Below, piece after piece: positions 53,988 through 63,970 of a stretch of 64,000 nucleotides of DNA (positions within the stretch are counted from its first letter, which is position 1; every line of letters starts with the position of its first letter). Location of the stretch: IMG/VR virus record IMGVR_UViG_3300021961_008157. The stretch is one strand, 5' to 3'. Below the pieces are notes generated by a model, which was not told where the DNA came from, did no database searches, and saw only the letters and a program-made list of their open reading frames with translations. Both the position numbers and the translations under genes were made by a program. Source of the stretch: a virus.

Positions 53988-55844
53988 TTAAAAGTTATAT
54001 TTTGCCGCAACATAAAAGGTCCTGCCTAATTGAGCATAACCCGATGGTTGCTCATATTTTTTATCAGTAATGTTATTTATTTTAAAACTTACTGTTAATT
54101 TTTCGTTAAACCACGATTCTTCAATGAAGAAATTATAAGTTGCTACACTATCGGCTTGAAAACGTGCAAATGTTGTACCATTTAGGTCATACATTTGTCC
54201 CATATAATTTGCTGACAGTCCAACTTTGAGATTGGGTTTTGCATGCCAAACAGCATGTGCATTACTAGACCACTGTGGGCGTCTTAGCTTTTGCATACCT
54301 AAACTATCAATGCTGTTATTATATGTTGTATTGGTCTTTATCTCAAATTGATTAAAGCGTTTTTTAAGTGCAACCTCAACACCTTGGCTGCTCGATACAC
54401 CTGAGTCATTTTGATATGTAGCAGTAAATGTGCTTGAGTCATACACATATGCAACGGCATCTTTGGTCTTAATATAAAAGAATGTAATATCAAACCAATC
54501 TTGTTTGTAACCAACTTCGTATGAAACGCTGCGCTCTGGATTAAGATTCGGGTTACCACTAAAACCAAAATTATCTACACCGTATAGTTCATAAAATGTG
54601 GGCAAGCGAAAACCATTTGCTACTGATGCTTTAAAGCCATGATAGTAGCCACCAATTCGGCCAGTTAAATAACGATTATATTTTGTATTGGTATCGGCCC
54701 TGGCAGATATGTTTATTAACTGGTCTTTGTTAAACTTATATACGCTATTTGCAAATAGTGCATTATTTGTACGGCTTGAGTCTACAGTAGAAACATACCC
54801 ACCACTGGTGGTATCAATTTTTCCTGCTGTGTTTGAAAATTCATAACCAGTTGTAGTTTCGAATTTGTTAGACATTGACCAAAGTTGTGTAACTAAAACA
54901 GTATTGTTTACGCTATTAAACTTATCAATGCTGCCTTGATTATTATATTTTCTATCATGCATGCTGCGATTGTAAATTATTTTAGTACGATCATTGCTTG
55001 CACTTGCTTGAAAATTGCGCCAGCGCCAGTTGGCTGTATAGTTGTCAACATCTGCATTGCTGCTGTCTAAATTTGTAATGTTGTAATTTTGAATATAGCC
55101 TGTGTAATAAGTCCAATCATTGGAAAACGTTTTTTGCTGTAATGCAAAGTTGTTAAAAGAATATGGATCGCGCTCACTACCACTGGCATGTACGCTAATG
55201 TTATCAGACTTTTCGTGTTCACCTTCAAAGCTGACAATGGTGTCTTGCAAACGATGCCCTAATTTAACTTTCTTGTTAAATGTTTTGTTGCTGCCATAAC
55301 TGGCCAAAACATAATTATTGGCAGTTACTGATGTGGTCATGTCAATAACACCGGCAACAGCATTTGCACCATACAAACTGCCAGCAGGCCCTTTAATAAC
55401 GCTCACACGATCAAGTCCAACTGATGAATGTTGGCTGATATCGTCGGCCCCGCTCACAGTACTTTCATCTCTAATAGAAATGCCATTTAGTGTTAGTAGT
55501 GTATGATTCGAGTCTGTTCCTCGCAAAAACAAACTGCTACTTTGCTTGGTAGTACCATTTTGCATGATGTTCATGCTAGTTGAATTAGACGTAGATTCTT
55601 GTATGGTTCGGAATGGATCTAAATAAACAGTATTCCAGGTATAGGTACTACTAGCTTGCTCTGTAGGTGTTCTTGCTAAAACAATAGTAACACGATATGG
55701 TTCTAAATCAACATTGGTTACATGTTGCCCGGCAACATAGACTGTTGTTAAAGATGACAGTTTGCCAACTTTTTTTATTTCATCTGCATGTGTATAAGCA
55801 GACAAAAACAAAACAAACAAAATTACTGGAAGTTTTTTTATCAT
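53988..55844 (-). CDS. TonB-dependent outer membrane receptor (BtuB-like)
   Basis: LFLRGTDSNHTLLTLNG, VIKGPAGSLYGANAVAGVI plug, GNPNLNPE, NITDKKY, C-terminal F. Confidence 0.88.
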   Translation of the reverse strand: MIKKLPVILFVLFLSAYTHADEIKKVGKLSSLTTVYVAGQHVTNVDLEPYRVTIVLARTPTEQASSTYTWNTVYLDPFRTIQESTSNSTSMNIMQNGTTKQSSSLFLRGTDSNHTLLTLNGISIRDESTVSGADDISQHSSVGLDRVSVIKGPAGSLYGANAVAGVIDMTTSVTANNYVLASYGSNKTFNKKVKLGHRLQDTIVSFEGEHEKSDNISVHASGSERDPYSFNNFALQQKTFSNDWTYYTGYIQNYNITNLDSSNADVDNYTANWRWRNFQASASNDRTKIIYNRSMHDRKYNNQGSIDKFNSVNNTVLVTQLWSMSNKFETTTGYEFSNTAGKIDTTSGGYVSTVDSSRTNNALFANSVYKFNKDQLINISARADTNTKYNRYLTGRIGGYYHGFKASVANGFRLPTFYELYGVDNFGFSGNPNLNPERSVSYEVGYKQDWFDITFFYIKTKDAVAYVYDSSTFTATYQNDSGVSSSQGVEVALKKRFNQFEIKTNTTYNNSIDSLGMQKLRRPQWSSNAHAVWHAKPNLKVGLSANYMGQMYDLNGTTFARFQADSVATYNFFIEESWFNEKLTVSFKINNITDKKYEQPSGYAQLGRTFYVAAKYNF

Positions 55845-55875
55845 TATAGTACTGTTTAAATAAATTTTATTTCAA

Positions 55876-55953
55876 TGGCGCGACTGGAAGGATTCGAACC
55901 CTCGACCCTGGAGGTAGAAGCTCCATGCTCTAATCCAGCTGAGCTACAGCCGC
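55876..55953 (-). tRNA. tRNA-Arg(TCT)
   Basis: Cloverleaf, loop CTTCTAC, CCA. Confidence 0.95.
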
Positions 55954-55964
55954 AAACGATTATA

Positions 55965-56936
55965 CTATAAAAGATGCTTTAAGTCAACACGGTCAACTGC
56001 CTGTTGGAATGGATTTGATTCGAGCAACCGTAAGTTATGTTCAAAACGGGCACAACTGCTTTGTATAAAATTGTTGACTTTCTCAAAATTACTCAGCAAA
56101 TCAAGATTGCGTTCTATAGCATAGTAACAACGATCAAAAGGATCCGACATATTTTGGTAACTGTGATCTACAACGTCGTCAAAAACGTCAAACCCCCACT
56201 CACGCATAATGTCAGCACAGCGCCAACCACCAACCCATAACGGCAGCGTGCCACTGTATATACTCATTATGGTTTTTTCGGTTATTATAGTTTCCCTTTC
56301 AAAAAAAGCCGGCTCGGTGATGATGCTTACGCATGACGGTTCAAAAATTTCTTTTTGAAGAAATCGACGGTAATTTTCCGAGCTTTCAACGTTTTTCTGT
56401 TGTAGTCCCCGATCTAACAAATTTTCTTGTCCTAATAAAAAATGTTTTGTGCTGATGTTAACTGGTGTGTTTGTAATCAATGGCGCATACTTTTCTGACA
56501 ATTGTGCTAATCTGCTAACAGAAACTGTGGGATTTTTCCAGCATAAGGTATAGGTGTAATTGGTCAGTTTAAAATGTTCAATTAATACCAGCAGGAACTC
56601 TCGATGTAGCCGCGGCTTATTAATCATGAAATTAAAACATCGACTGCGTTGTGACCAATCAGGTATGATACCTTCGCTAATAAATGTTTGTGTTTCTTTA
56701 GCTAAAAATTTTGGATAAAGCACTATATTATAGTTTTTTAGTTCATCATCGTGGCACAGGACATGATCTATTAACAACACATGATTGTGTGGATCACAGG
56801 TGCTATTATCTAATAATGCTTTTACATGAAAACAGCGATCGTTTTCATTATAATGATGATCGTTTACAAATATCACTTCGGGCTCGGTTAATACTTCGCC
56901 TGAGTAGGCATAACTAGGTCCGTGAATTTTTAACAT
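55965..56936 (-). CDS. GT-B-like protein, paralog 5
   Basis: SIITEP...TEKT...PLWVGG...GFDVFDDVVDHSY. Confidence 0.5.
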   Translation of the reverse strand: MLKIHGPSYAYSGEVLTEPEVIFVNDHHYNENDRCFHVKALLDNSTCDPHNHVLLIDHVLCHDDELKNYNIVLYPKFLAKETQTFISEGIIPDWSQRSRCFNFMINKPRLHREFLLVLIEHFKLTNYTYTLCWKNPTVSVSRLAQLSEKYAPLITNTPVNISTKHFLLGQENLLDRGLQQKNVESSENYRRFLQKEIFEPSCVSIITEPAFFERETIITEKTIMSIYSGTLPLWVGGWRCADIMREWGFDVFDDVVDHSYQNMSDPFDRCYYAIERNLDLLSNFEKVNNFIQSSCARFEHNLRLLESNPFQQAVDRVDLKHLL

Positions 56937-57865
56937 ATTTGATCTAGGATGTGGTTAAATTTATTGGGCCATGCTTGCTCAAATTCGAGTAAAAGACTTC
57001 GATTATGTTCAGCAGCACATTTAAATCTGATGTAGTCATTGTCACTATATTCACAATTAACAAAGGATTTCAGTTGTTCAACTATTTGAAGTAATCTTTT
57101 ACTATGATCTGCTATTTGGTCGTAGTTATGATCAACATAGTCATCTAGTACGTCAAATCCATAACTTTTTAAATATTTAACTGATTGGGGACTACAGTAG
57201 AGCAGCCAGGGACGCGGCATTTGTAGTGCTCTAAATATTTTTTCACTAAAAGTAATATGACTGTCACTAGCGTAAGTTTCTAATACCACACTTACTTTTG
57301 AGTCAATTATGCAAGATTCTAAGCCTTTATAATTTTCAATATTACTGTAGGGAATTTTTGATCTCATTGTCTGGTGCTCGTAATTGTATTCTTCTAAACC
57401 AGATTCAATATACTGCCAATCATAATTGTTTTGCCTCAACAGTATTGTATCTGGATCTGTTATTCCAAGGCGCTGACAATTAAAACTTACTAAGCCGTGC
57501 TCTAACAAATTATTTCTAACTAACTCGTAAAACATTTGTGAACGATTGCCATCGGCACGATTCATAAAACAATTATAAGCATAGCTAGGAATTTTTTCAA
57601 CATACACTGGATTATAATGATTGATGTGCCAGTATTCGGGCACAACTGATAACAATTTTCCTTTGATTGGTTTTAGTGGTATGTTGTCAGTTATGACTAT
57701 ATCATTTGTCCATGCCGCAGGATCATGCATAAACACGCTATCGATTAGGCACCACGATACATCTGTACGATCTTTAAGAACTTGGTTAAGACATTGATTA
57801 ATTGCATTTTCTCTATCTTGAAAACACCATGACTGCTCGTGTATAATCTGTTTTGGGTTAAACAT
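56930..57865 (-). CDS. GT-B-like protein, paralog 6
   Basis: VVLET...SEKIFRA...PWL...GFDVLDDYVDHNYD. Confidence 0.5.
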   Translation of the reverse strand: MFNPKQIIHEQSWCFQDRENAINQCLNQVLKDRTDVSWCLIDSVFMHDPAAWTNDIVITDNIPLKPIKGKLLSVVPEYWHINHYNPVYVEKIPSYAYNCFMNRADGNRSQMFYELVRNNLLEHGLVSFNCQRLGITDPDTILLRQNNYDWQYIESGLEEYNYEHQTMRSKIPYSNIENYKGLESCIIDSKVSVVLETYASDSHITFSEKIFRALQMPRPWLLYCSPQSVKYLKSYGFDVLDDYVDHNYDQIADHSKRLLQIVEQLKSFVNCEYSDNDYIRFKCAAEHNRSLLLEFEQAWPNKFNHILDQIC

Positions 57866-57917
57866 TGGAAATTGTTAATAGTTTTTTCTAGTTGAATGCT
57901 GCCAAATAAGTACTTAT

Positions 57918-58613
57918 ATGGAATACTGGAACAATCCTATAAAAAAATATAAGTGGCCTTGCGCCGAAGATCCTGTTGTTGAAAGTTTTCATAATGGGCA
58001 ACATTGTTTGTTTTATAACCCTGCAATTCCAATAGCAGAAATAAAATATAATACACCATTGATACAATATATTAAATGGGCCAACGATGCTGTACACAAT
58101 ATTGGGATTGATAACACCTCAGATCAAACTCAACTTAGCAAGATTTTAAAAATAAATCTTTTAGTTGAACATATACAAGCTCATGGTATAGTTAAACCAA
58201 TATTAGTGTACTACACCGGATCTAAATTTGTAACATTGACCGGTGATGGTAAACTCCGAGCACTCGAATGTTTGCCAAACTTAACTACCACTGTCCCGGT
58301 GTTTATAACTACTGCAACTTGTTATAAAGATCGACTAGAAGAGTCTACAGGCATGATGCCTATTAGAACATTTAATGAATTTGCCGGTGTATTTGACGCA
58401 AAAATTGGCCAACAATTTTTATTTACGCTAACCGATTCTAATGCCCCATATGGAATGTATTGGTATGAATATGCCAGCCCGCTAACCGCTAATGTAACGC
58501 CCGATGTTGATGATTCAATCAAGATGCTTAAATCTTATTTTAGCAAACACCTTAACACTCAACTATCCGTTGATTGGTTTACCACTCCGATTGATTGGTC
58601 TCAATATCAATAA
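57918..58613 (+). CDS. ParB/sulfiredoxin-like domain protein
   Basis: IQAHGIVKPILV...TGDGKLRAL resembles the ParB N-terminal motif. Confidence 0.45.
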   Translation: MEYWNNPIKKYKWPCAEDPVVESFHNGQHCLFYNPAIPIAEIKYNTPLIQYIKWANDAVHNIGIDNTSDQTQLSKILKINLLVEHIQAHGIVKPILVYYTGSKFVTLTGDGKLRALECLPNLTTTVPVFITTATCYKDRLEESTGMMPIRTFNEFAGVFDAKIGQQFLFTLTDSNAPYGMYWYEYASPLTANVTPDVDDSIKMLKSYFSKHLNTQLSVDWFTTPIDWSQYQ

Positions 58614-58981
58614 CTTTCTAAAAATTTTTCTATATCACCATACAGTTGCGCTGCCACTGCTTCTCGACTCCCAAACATGTAGACTTTAACTGGCACATGT
58701 TTTACTACTTCTATGTAGTAAGGCATTTGTAGTTTGCGATCAAGTGTTAAAATAATGCGTGTAAGAATAACTCGTTTATTAGTAATGGGTTTGACTTCTA
58801 TTCCATAGTGCGCTAAATTTAGCACACGACTTAATACATAAAAGCCATGGTCAGTTAATCGCATGCCGCCGTTTTTGCGTATGTTTATCCACCAGGTTTT
58901 TAGGGCCAAATCAACAGACTCTTTAAACTCTTCCGGCAGCTCTTCAACCAGCCGTTCAGTAAGTTTCAGTTTGTCGCGCAC
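58607..58981 (-). CDS. hypothetical phage protein
   Basis: WW.N.R..GGMRLT..G motif. Confidence 0.6.
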   Translation of the reverse strand: MRDKLKLTERLVEELPEEFKESVDLALKTWWINIRKNGGMRLTDHGFYVLSRVLNLAHYGIEVKPITNKRVILTRIILTLDRKLQMPYYIEVVKHVPVKVYMFGSREAVAAQLYGDIEKFLESY

Positions 58982-59277
58982 TAGTTTTGGGGCGTGACTG
59001 TTTCGCCTTGTGTTAATAGTACCACACTAAACTTGTCAGTTTTAAACTGTGCGTTTAGTTTCTTGGCAAGATTGTGTGCATGGCCAGGATTAGAAAAGCT
59101 GACCTTTTTATACTTGGGCCCAGGCTGTTGAACCAGCATGTTGCTGGTTTTGAGATTGATTGGTGTATTGTCAAAAAATACTGCCCAAACGCCTGCTGAC
59201 GACAGCACCTGCTCAGTCTTGTAAGTGGTCTTATTTGTCAGTTCAAGTAGAACCTTAGGTTTGGGTCTTGACATCAT
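58981..59277 (-). CDS. hypothetical phage protein
   Basis: GGAG RBS; KYKKVSFSNPGHAHNLAKKLN. Confidence 0.65.
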   Translation of the reverse strand: MMSRPKPKVLLELTNKTTYKTEQVLSSAGVWAVFFDNTPINLKTSNMLVQQPGPKYKKVSFSNPGHAHNLAKKLNAQFKTDKFSVVLLTQGETVTPQN

Positions 59278-59316
59278 TAAACTCCAACATTTATTTATCA
59301 GAAATGTATGTAGTTT

Positions 59317-59526
59317 TTAAAATGATCCGCCTTCAACTTCAACTGTTATCGTATCATTTTGTTGTGCGGCCACTGCTACTTCACGTAAATTGTTTAATGT
59401 TAACAATAACTTAGTGATGTCAGCATGCAGGTCTTTGGCGTCCTTCATTGGCATGGTAAAGTCTTTGGCAGCCCGCGCTTCGAAGCCTTGCACCCGCTCG
59501 ATAAACTTTTGTATGTGTATGCTCAT
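59317..59526 (-). CDS. small hypothetical phage protein
   Basis: In operon, C-terminal GGSF. Confidence 0.6.
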   Translation of the reverse strand: MSIHIQKFIERVQGFEARAAKDFTMPMKDAKDLHADITKLLLTLNNLREVAVAAQQNDTITVEVEGGSF

Positions 59527-59888
59527 TTTTTAACAAAGGATGTTAGATCAGGAGGTGTCCATCCCAATGGTTTAAGAACCTTCCCATCATCACGCTTCCG
59601 TACCTTTCCAGTTTGCTTGTCAATTTTGGCAAAGTTAGAACGCATAACTTCCTTCCAAGCACCTTCGGCATCGCTGCCCATTGAGTGAATAGCACCAATG
59701 GTAACAACTAAGATATCAATTAGCGCATCCAACTGCTCAACACGATCATTGGTATCAACGGCTTGTTGTAGTTCACCAACTTCTTCGGCAATAAGTTTTA
59801 GGTACAAATCAAATTGATCTTGATTGCTACGATCTACTGATTGATCGCAGGCTTGCATAAATTTCTCTTGATCACGAAATGGATTCAT
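59523..59888 (-). CDS. MazG-like/HisE-like nucleoside triphosphate pyrophosphohydrolase
   Basis: LIAEEVGEL, DALIDILVV, EVMRSNFAK, DGKVLKP. Confidence 0.85.
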   Translation of the reverse strand: MNPFRDQEKFMQACDQSVDRSNQDQFDLYLKLIAEEVGELQQAVDTNDRVEQLDALIDILVVTIGAIHSMGSDAEGAWKEVMRSNFAKIDKQTGKVRKRDDGKVLKPLGWTPPDLTSFVKK

Positions 59889-60322
59889 ACTGTTACTTCT
59901 TCTTTTGTGTGGAATGGGCCTTGGTAGGGATAGCGTTGTAGTGCAATCAGTTTAGGATCTTGTATTACCCGCCACTTTCGCCCACGTTTGATTGAATACC
60001 ACCCAGCAGCAAACCAGGACTTGCTTTTTTTAGTTTTGGTGTATAAGGGCAAGCGATGCACCACATCCCAAACTGGATTGTAACAGCGGCCTGCTGCGGA
60101 AAATCCATGCACCGTGCCAACTTCGGGCTTGACACGTGGAGGATTTTTTTCAAACGTAATATTTGATTCTCGTGCTGCAAGTTTAATAGTTTTAAACTGC
60201 TTGACTTGATCATGAATACGAACTTGATAACCACCGTTTAGTGCTTCAATGTTGCCAACTTTTTGATCTTCTTCTTGTAATATCCAGTATTGTTTATCAG
60301 CTACTACTTTAGCTACTAACAT
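59885..60322 (-). CDS. hypothetical phage protein
   Basis: LYTKTKKSKSWFAAGWY...PKLIAL.RY.Y.GPF. Confidence 0.65.
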   Translation of the reverse strand: MLVAKVVADKQYWILQEEDQKVGNIEALNGGYQVRIHDQVKQFKTIKLAARESNITFEKNPPRVKPEVGTVHGFSAAGRCYNPVWDVVHRLPLYTKTKKSKSWFAAGWYSIKRGRKWRVIQDPKLIALQRYPYQGPFHTKEEVTV

Positions 60323-61316
60323 CTAATACTCCTTTGTAAGTTTCGTTTAACCAACGACCAAAACTTTCCGCGTTGTCGCCGCATCTGTTAAGATCGTATT
60401 TGCCACAGAACTGCATAAATCTCACACCCACTTGACCAATGTCCTTTCGCGACACCTGTTCAATGATAGCCAAGTCCACCGCATCTTTGACTGCCTGCGG
60501 TTGACAAGTAAGATCAATCAACTCACGATTGCGCTCATAATCGTCTAGCACACGATGTTCTTCACCATTGTGATCAGTCCATCGTTGTAGCATCATATTG
60601 TTCCAGTTATAGCCACGAGCTTTACGGTCCTCAAATGCTTCTTGTAATCCCACTTTGTTTTTGGTGCCCTTGGTGCGAACACCGGGATAAGCGGAAAAAA
60701 TGTTATCGCTAGTATCACCGCGCATGCATTTTTCAAACAGGAGCCACGCAGGATCGGGAATTTTTTTAGGTTCCTTAGTTTTCTTATCAATCACAGGATT
60801 GCCTTTAGCATCAAAAATGCCTTCTGTGGTAATAAGTTCATCGGTAATACCATTATACTGCTTTACATTGGGCGCAACCAACTGAACAAAGTCAGTGTCG
60901 CTGCTGATAATAATGTGCTCGTCTTGGGGGTGTAAATCAATCCAACGTGCAATGATGTCATCGCCCTCGGCTGTGGGGCAACGAAGCACACTACAGTTGG
61001 TTCGTTCTGACAAGTATTTAGTCAAATTATCATACGTTTCCCAGAACATTTTGTCTTCTTCTGCTTCTGCTTCAGTAAGAGCGGCGCGAGCTACAGCACG
61101 GTTGGCTTTGTAGGGTTTGTAATAGTCCTTGCGCCAACTACGCCCTTCTAGAGCAAAAACCACGTGATCTGCTTCAAAACGGCGCACAACTTTATTGGCG
61201 CTCATTAGTGTAGTGTGTAATGCTACACCAACTTTCTCCCAAGGATCTGAAGCGCGAAAAGCCGTGTGCCGAGCACGGAAGAACATGTTGGCAGTATCAA
61301 TTAGAACGTATTTCAT
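60309..61316 (-). CDS. rnh: T4-type RNase H / 5'-3' exonuclease (FEN-like)
   Basis: LIDTAN, WRK..Y..YKANR, EGDD, SSDTDF.QL, GDTSDNI. Confidence 0.88.
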   Translation of the reverse strand: MKYVLIDTANMFFRARHTAFRASDPWEKVGVALHTTLMSANKVVRRFEADHVVFALEGRSWRKDYYKPYKANRAVARAALTEAEAEEDKMFWETYDNLTKYLSERTNCSVLRCPTAEGDDIIARWIDLHPQDEHIIISSDTDFVQLVAPNVKQYNGITDELITTEGIFDAKGNPVIDKKTKEPKKIPDPAWLLFEKCMRGDTSDNIFSAYPGVRTKGTKNKVGLQEAFEDRKARGYNWNNMMLQRWTDHNGEEHRVLDDYERNRELIDLTCQPQAVKDAVDLAIIEQVSRKDIGQVGVRFMQFCGKYDLNRCGDNAESFGRWLNETYKGVLDVSS

Positions 61317-61322
61317 AGTCTA

Positions 61323-61351
61323 ATTATAGCAGAAATACCAATATAAGTCAA
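61323..61351 (-). promoter_or_regulatory. sigma70-type promoter
   Basis: TTGACT-N17-TATAAT. Confidence 0.75.
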
Positions 61352-62058
61352 TTGATGATTTGATTAGCAATAATGTATTTTAACATGTGGCGATTCCAAA
61401 ATGCATGCCCGTCCTTACCAAAATGCCACGATTCGGGCAAGACTGTTTGGATACCCGCGGCCCGTATCCGAGCGTTGTATGTGCCTTCGGACTCATAAGG
61501 ATCCATATAACTGACTCCCCAATCCTTCCGATCACCAGCGGCTATACTGCTAAAGTCATTGTTGCCATTGAAGAAAATGTGCTTGATTCCTTGCTCTTTT
61601 AATTCGGTGTGCAACTGCCAAATTTCTTCATGTGCCGCTTGTGTTTTTGCCCGCCAATCAGAGTCGACCACAAACTCTTTGTAGCGTTGTTGAGCCGACT
61701 CGGGCACATCATCAGTGCCGCTGGCGCCCACTTGATGGTAAACACCATCAATCAACCACTCTTCGCGTTCCCAAGTTGACCACTGAATAACTACCAGCAG
61801 TTCGCTGAAGTTTTTTATCTTTTTCAAAAACTCTCGTGTGGTGCGCATAATGCGAGCGTTGCTGCTGCCACTTTCAGCACCACAGTGAAAACTGGCCCGC
61901 ATTGCTTCGCTTAGCCGCCGCCCCCAACTTACTGCTAGATTTTCTGGATGCGGATAACGCCCTTGGTAAAATAGCGCAGGATCATCCATTGCAAACGCAT
62001 GTGGATTGACTGCTTCAGCAGCCGCGGTATGGCTATCCCCGTTTACATACAGTATCAT
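61348..62058 (-). CDS. SGNH-like hypothetical protein
   Basis: VNGDSHT, SGSSN.RI.R, WH...GH. Confidence 0.55.
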   Translation of the reverse strand: MILYVNGDSHTAAAEAVNPHAFAMDDPALFYQGRYPHPENLAVSWGRRLSEAMRASFHCGAESGSSNARIMRTTREFLKKIKNFSELLVVIQWSTWEREEWLIDGVYHQVGASGTDDVPESAQQRYKEFVVDSDWRAKTQAAHEEIWQLHTELKEQGIKHIFFNGNNDFSSIAAGDRKDWGVSYMDPYESEGTYNARIRAAGIQTVLPESWHFGKDGHAFWNRHMLKYIIANQIIN

Positions 62059-62459
62059 TAGGAAACTTCCGTCCTACCATCGCCAATGTCGCGACTCTTA
62101 ACTACACGATTGGGATTGTTAGCCATTTCCTGTTCCCATGTTTCCATAACCACATGGCGGCAAACATTTTGGAACCAACGATCCACAATGTCTGAATCCT
62201 TATCATCGGGACGCCCTTGGTATCCTGCTCGTACCAAATTGGCAACAAACTTGTCATTCCAATCTAACTCAAATGAACCTTGGTGTAGGTTTTCAGGATC
62301 AATGTCCATACTTAAAATAGCTACCCATGGCTCGCCACGCTCGGTAGCCAACTCTTTTTCGCTTTTTTGTGGTGCCTTAGGCTTTTCAACCTTAGGCTCT
62401 TTAATTTCAGGCTTCTTTTTAAATCGATCAAAAAATCCCATTTGTTTTCCTTTATGCAA
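62058..62459 (-). CDS. hypothetical phage protein
   Basis: FELDWND.FV..L...GY.G.....IVDRWF; true start likely MGFFD. Confidence 0.6.
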   Translation of the reverse strand: MHKGKQMGFFDRFKKKPEIKEPKVEKPKAPQKSEKELATERGEPWVAILSMDIDPENLHQGSFELDWNDKFVANLVRAGYQGRPDDKDSDIVDRWFQNVCRHVVMETWEQEMANNPNRVVKSRDIGDGRTEVS

Positions 62460-63342
62460 GACTTGTGTATAAGTGTTGTTGCAAGTTTAGTTTAAGACCG
62501 TGCTCAATGCAATACTGTCCAACATACTCGTGATTGCGTTGATTTGCTTCGAGATTTAATAAACCTGGTTCCCAGAAGCTGATAACTTCGTCCACTGTAC
62601 TACGCTCTGTCATGGTAATCTGTCCCTTCTCTGCTCGCAATAGTTTAATCTTTTGCGGAAAACTATTATAAACATTCATTGGACTTACATAGATATCTCG
62701 ACCTGTTTGTTCCTTCCACTCAAGTGCCCAATCTGGCACTTCGGCGTATGGACTGCCTTCAGTTGCTTCCATAACAAATTTTAAGCAATTGGCACGTTCA
62801 AGAATTGTTTTGCTGGGAGCATAATATCTAACTGCCTTGCCTTCCTTCTCCATACACTTTGGAGAGCATACTAGCGTTACGCCTAGTGGCACATCAGTAG
62901 ATAAAATGCCATTGCTTTCAACCTGAACTGCTTTAAACTTGGGCAGTTGCTGCCGCATGAACTCGCTGATGTTGTCTTGTAACAGCGGCTCACCACCTGT
63001 CATCACTAATACAATGTTGGGAAAATCAACCAATCGTGTGTTTATATCTGCAACAGGTACAGCCCACAGTGGCACTAGTTTGCCTTTACTGGTCCAGAAG
63101 CTGGTGATAGTGTCATACATTTTGCGTTCAATGTCCGCAAACGTCATCCAGTCACCGTCGTCAAAGAAAGTGTCACAAAATGAGCAATCTAAATTACATT
63201 TAGCCAGTCGAATGAATAGCGCAGGTTGACCAGCGAAAGGCCCCTCACCTTGTAGGGTGAAGAACATACTGGTTACAAAAAGTTTTTCAGGTTCTGTATC
63301 CTTGAAGAACTTCTTCCCTATGATTTCATTAGTACCAAACAT
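62452..63342 (-). CDS. queE: 7-carboxy-7-deazaguanine synthase QueE-like radical SAM
   Basis: FFTLQGEG, FIRLAKCNLDCSFCDT, TGGEPLLQ, ESNG, CSPK, LQQH. Confidence 0.85.
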   Translation of the reverse strand: MFGTNEIIGKKFFKDTEPEKLFVTSMFFTLQGEGPFAGQPALFIRLAKCNLDCSFCDTFFDDGDWMTFADIERKMYDTITSFWTSKGKLVPLWAVPVADINTRLVDFPNIVLVMTGGEPLLQDNISEFMRQQLPKFKAVQVESNGILSTDVPLGVTLVCSPKCMEKEGKAVRYYAPSKTILERANCLKFVMEATEGSPYAEVPDWALEWKEQTGRDIYVSPMNVYNSFPQKIKLLRAEKGQITMTERSTVDEVISFWEPGLLNLEANQRNHEYVGQYCIEHGLKLNLQQHLYTSLA

Positions 63343-63343
63343 A

Positions 63344-63970
63344 TTATTCCTTGCTAAATCTTCCTAAGATTACCCCACTGTTTTGTCTATAACCTTCGTT
63401 GTGCAAATGGCGATAACCTTGCAGCAACAAAAATGGAACAGCAGCAGAACACTTCCCGATAAACACACCTTCATTTGGATGATACCAAGTATCATCGCAA
63501 ACAATAATACTATTTTCTGTCATCCTACGCATGAGTAAAATTGCTTGTAGCAAATGTGTTTGTTGACTACTTAGATTAGTCATTTCAATGTTCATTAAAT
63601 CTCTGTAGCGTTGTTTCACATCTGCTACAAATGACTCTTCGGCACCACCAAGCCAATAATCCCAATCAAAGTTATCAAGATATGCCAGCGATATTTTAAC
63701 ATTGGGATCTAAGTGTTCTAAAAACTGTTCTCCACGAGCATGCACTAATTTTACATGATCTGGTAGTCGGTTGTCAACCTTCAAGTTATCGGCTGCGCGA
63801 TTGATTTGATCTGCGTCAACATCCACACCATAAAAATCTACGCCACGCTCTAAACATAAATCAGCAAAAAATCGAGTGCTGCCCTCACCGCGATCTACTC
63901 CAATTTCAACCCAACTGCCATTGTCAATAGCGTCAATAAACTTTGTTATGTTACGATAGTAAGTACCCAT
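63344..63970 (-). CDS. class I SAM-dependent methyltransferase
   Basis: VEIGVDRGEGS, YLD, IIVCDD. Confidence 0.7.
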   Translation of the reverse strand: MGTYYRNITKFIDAIDNGSWVEIGVDRGEGSTRFFADLCLERGVDFYGVDVDADQINRAADNLKVDNRLPDHVKLVHARGEQFLEHLDPNVKISLAYLDNFDWDYWLGGAEESFVADVKQRYRDLMNIEMTNLSSQQTHLLQAILLMRRMTENSIIVCDDTWYHPNEGVFIGKCSAAVPFLLLQGYRHLHNEGYRQNSGVILGRFSKE

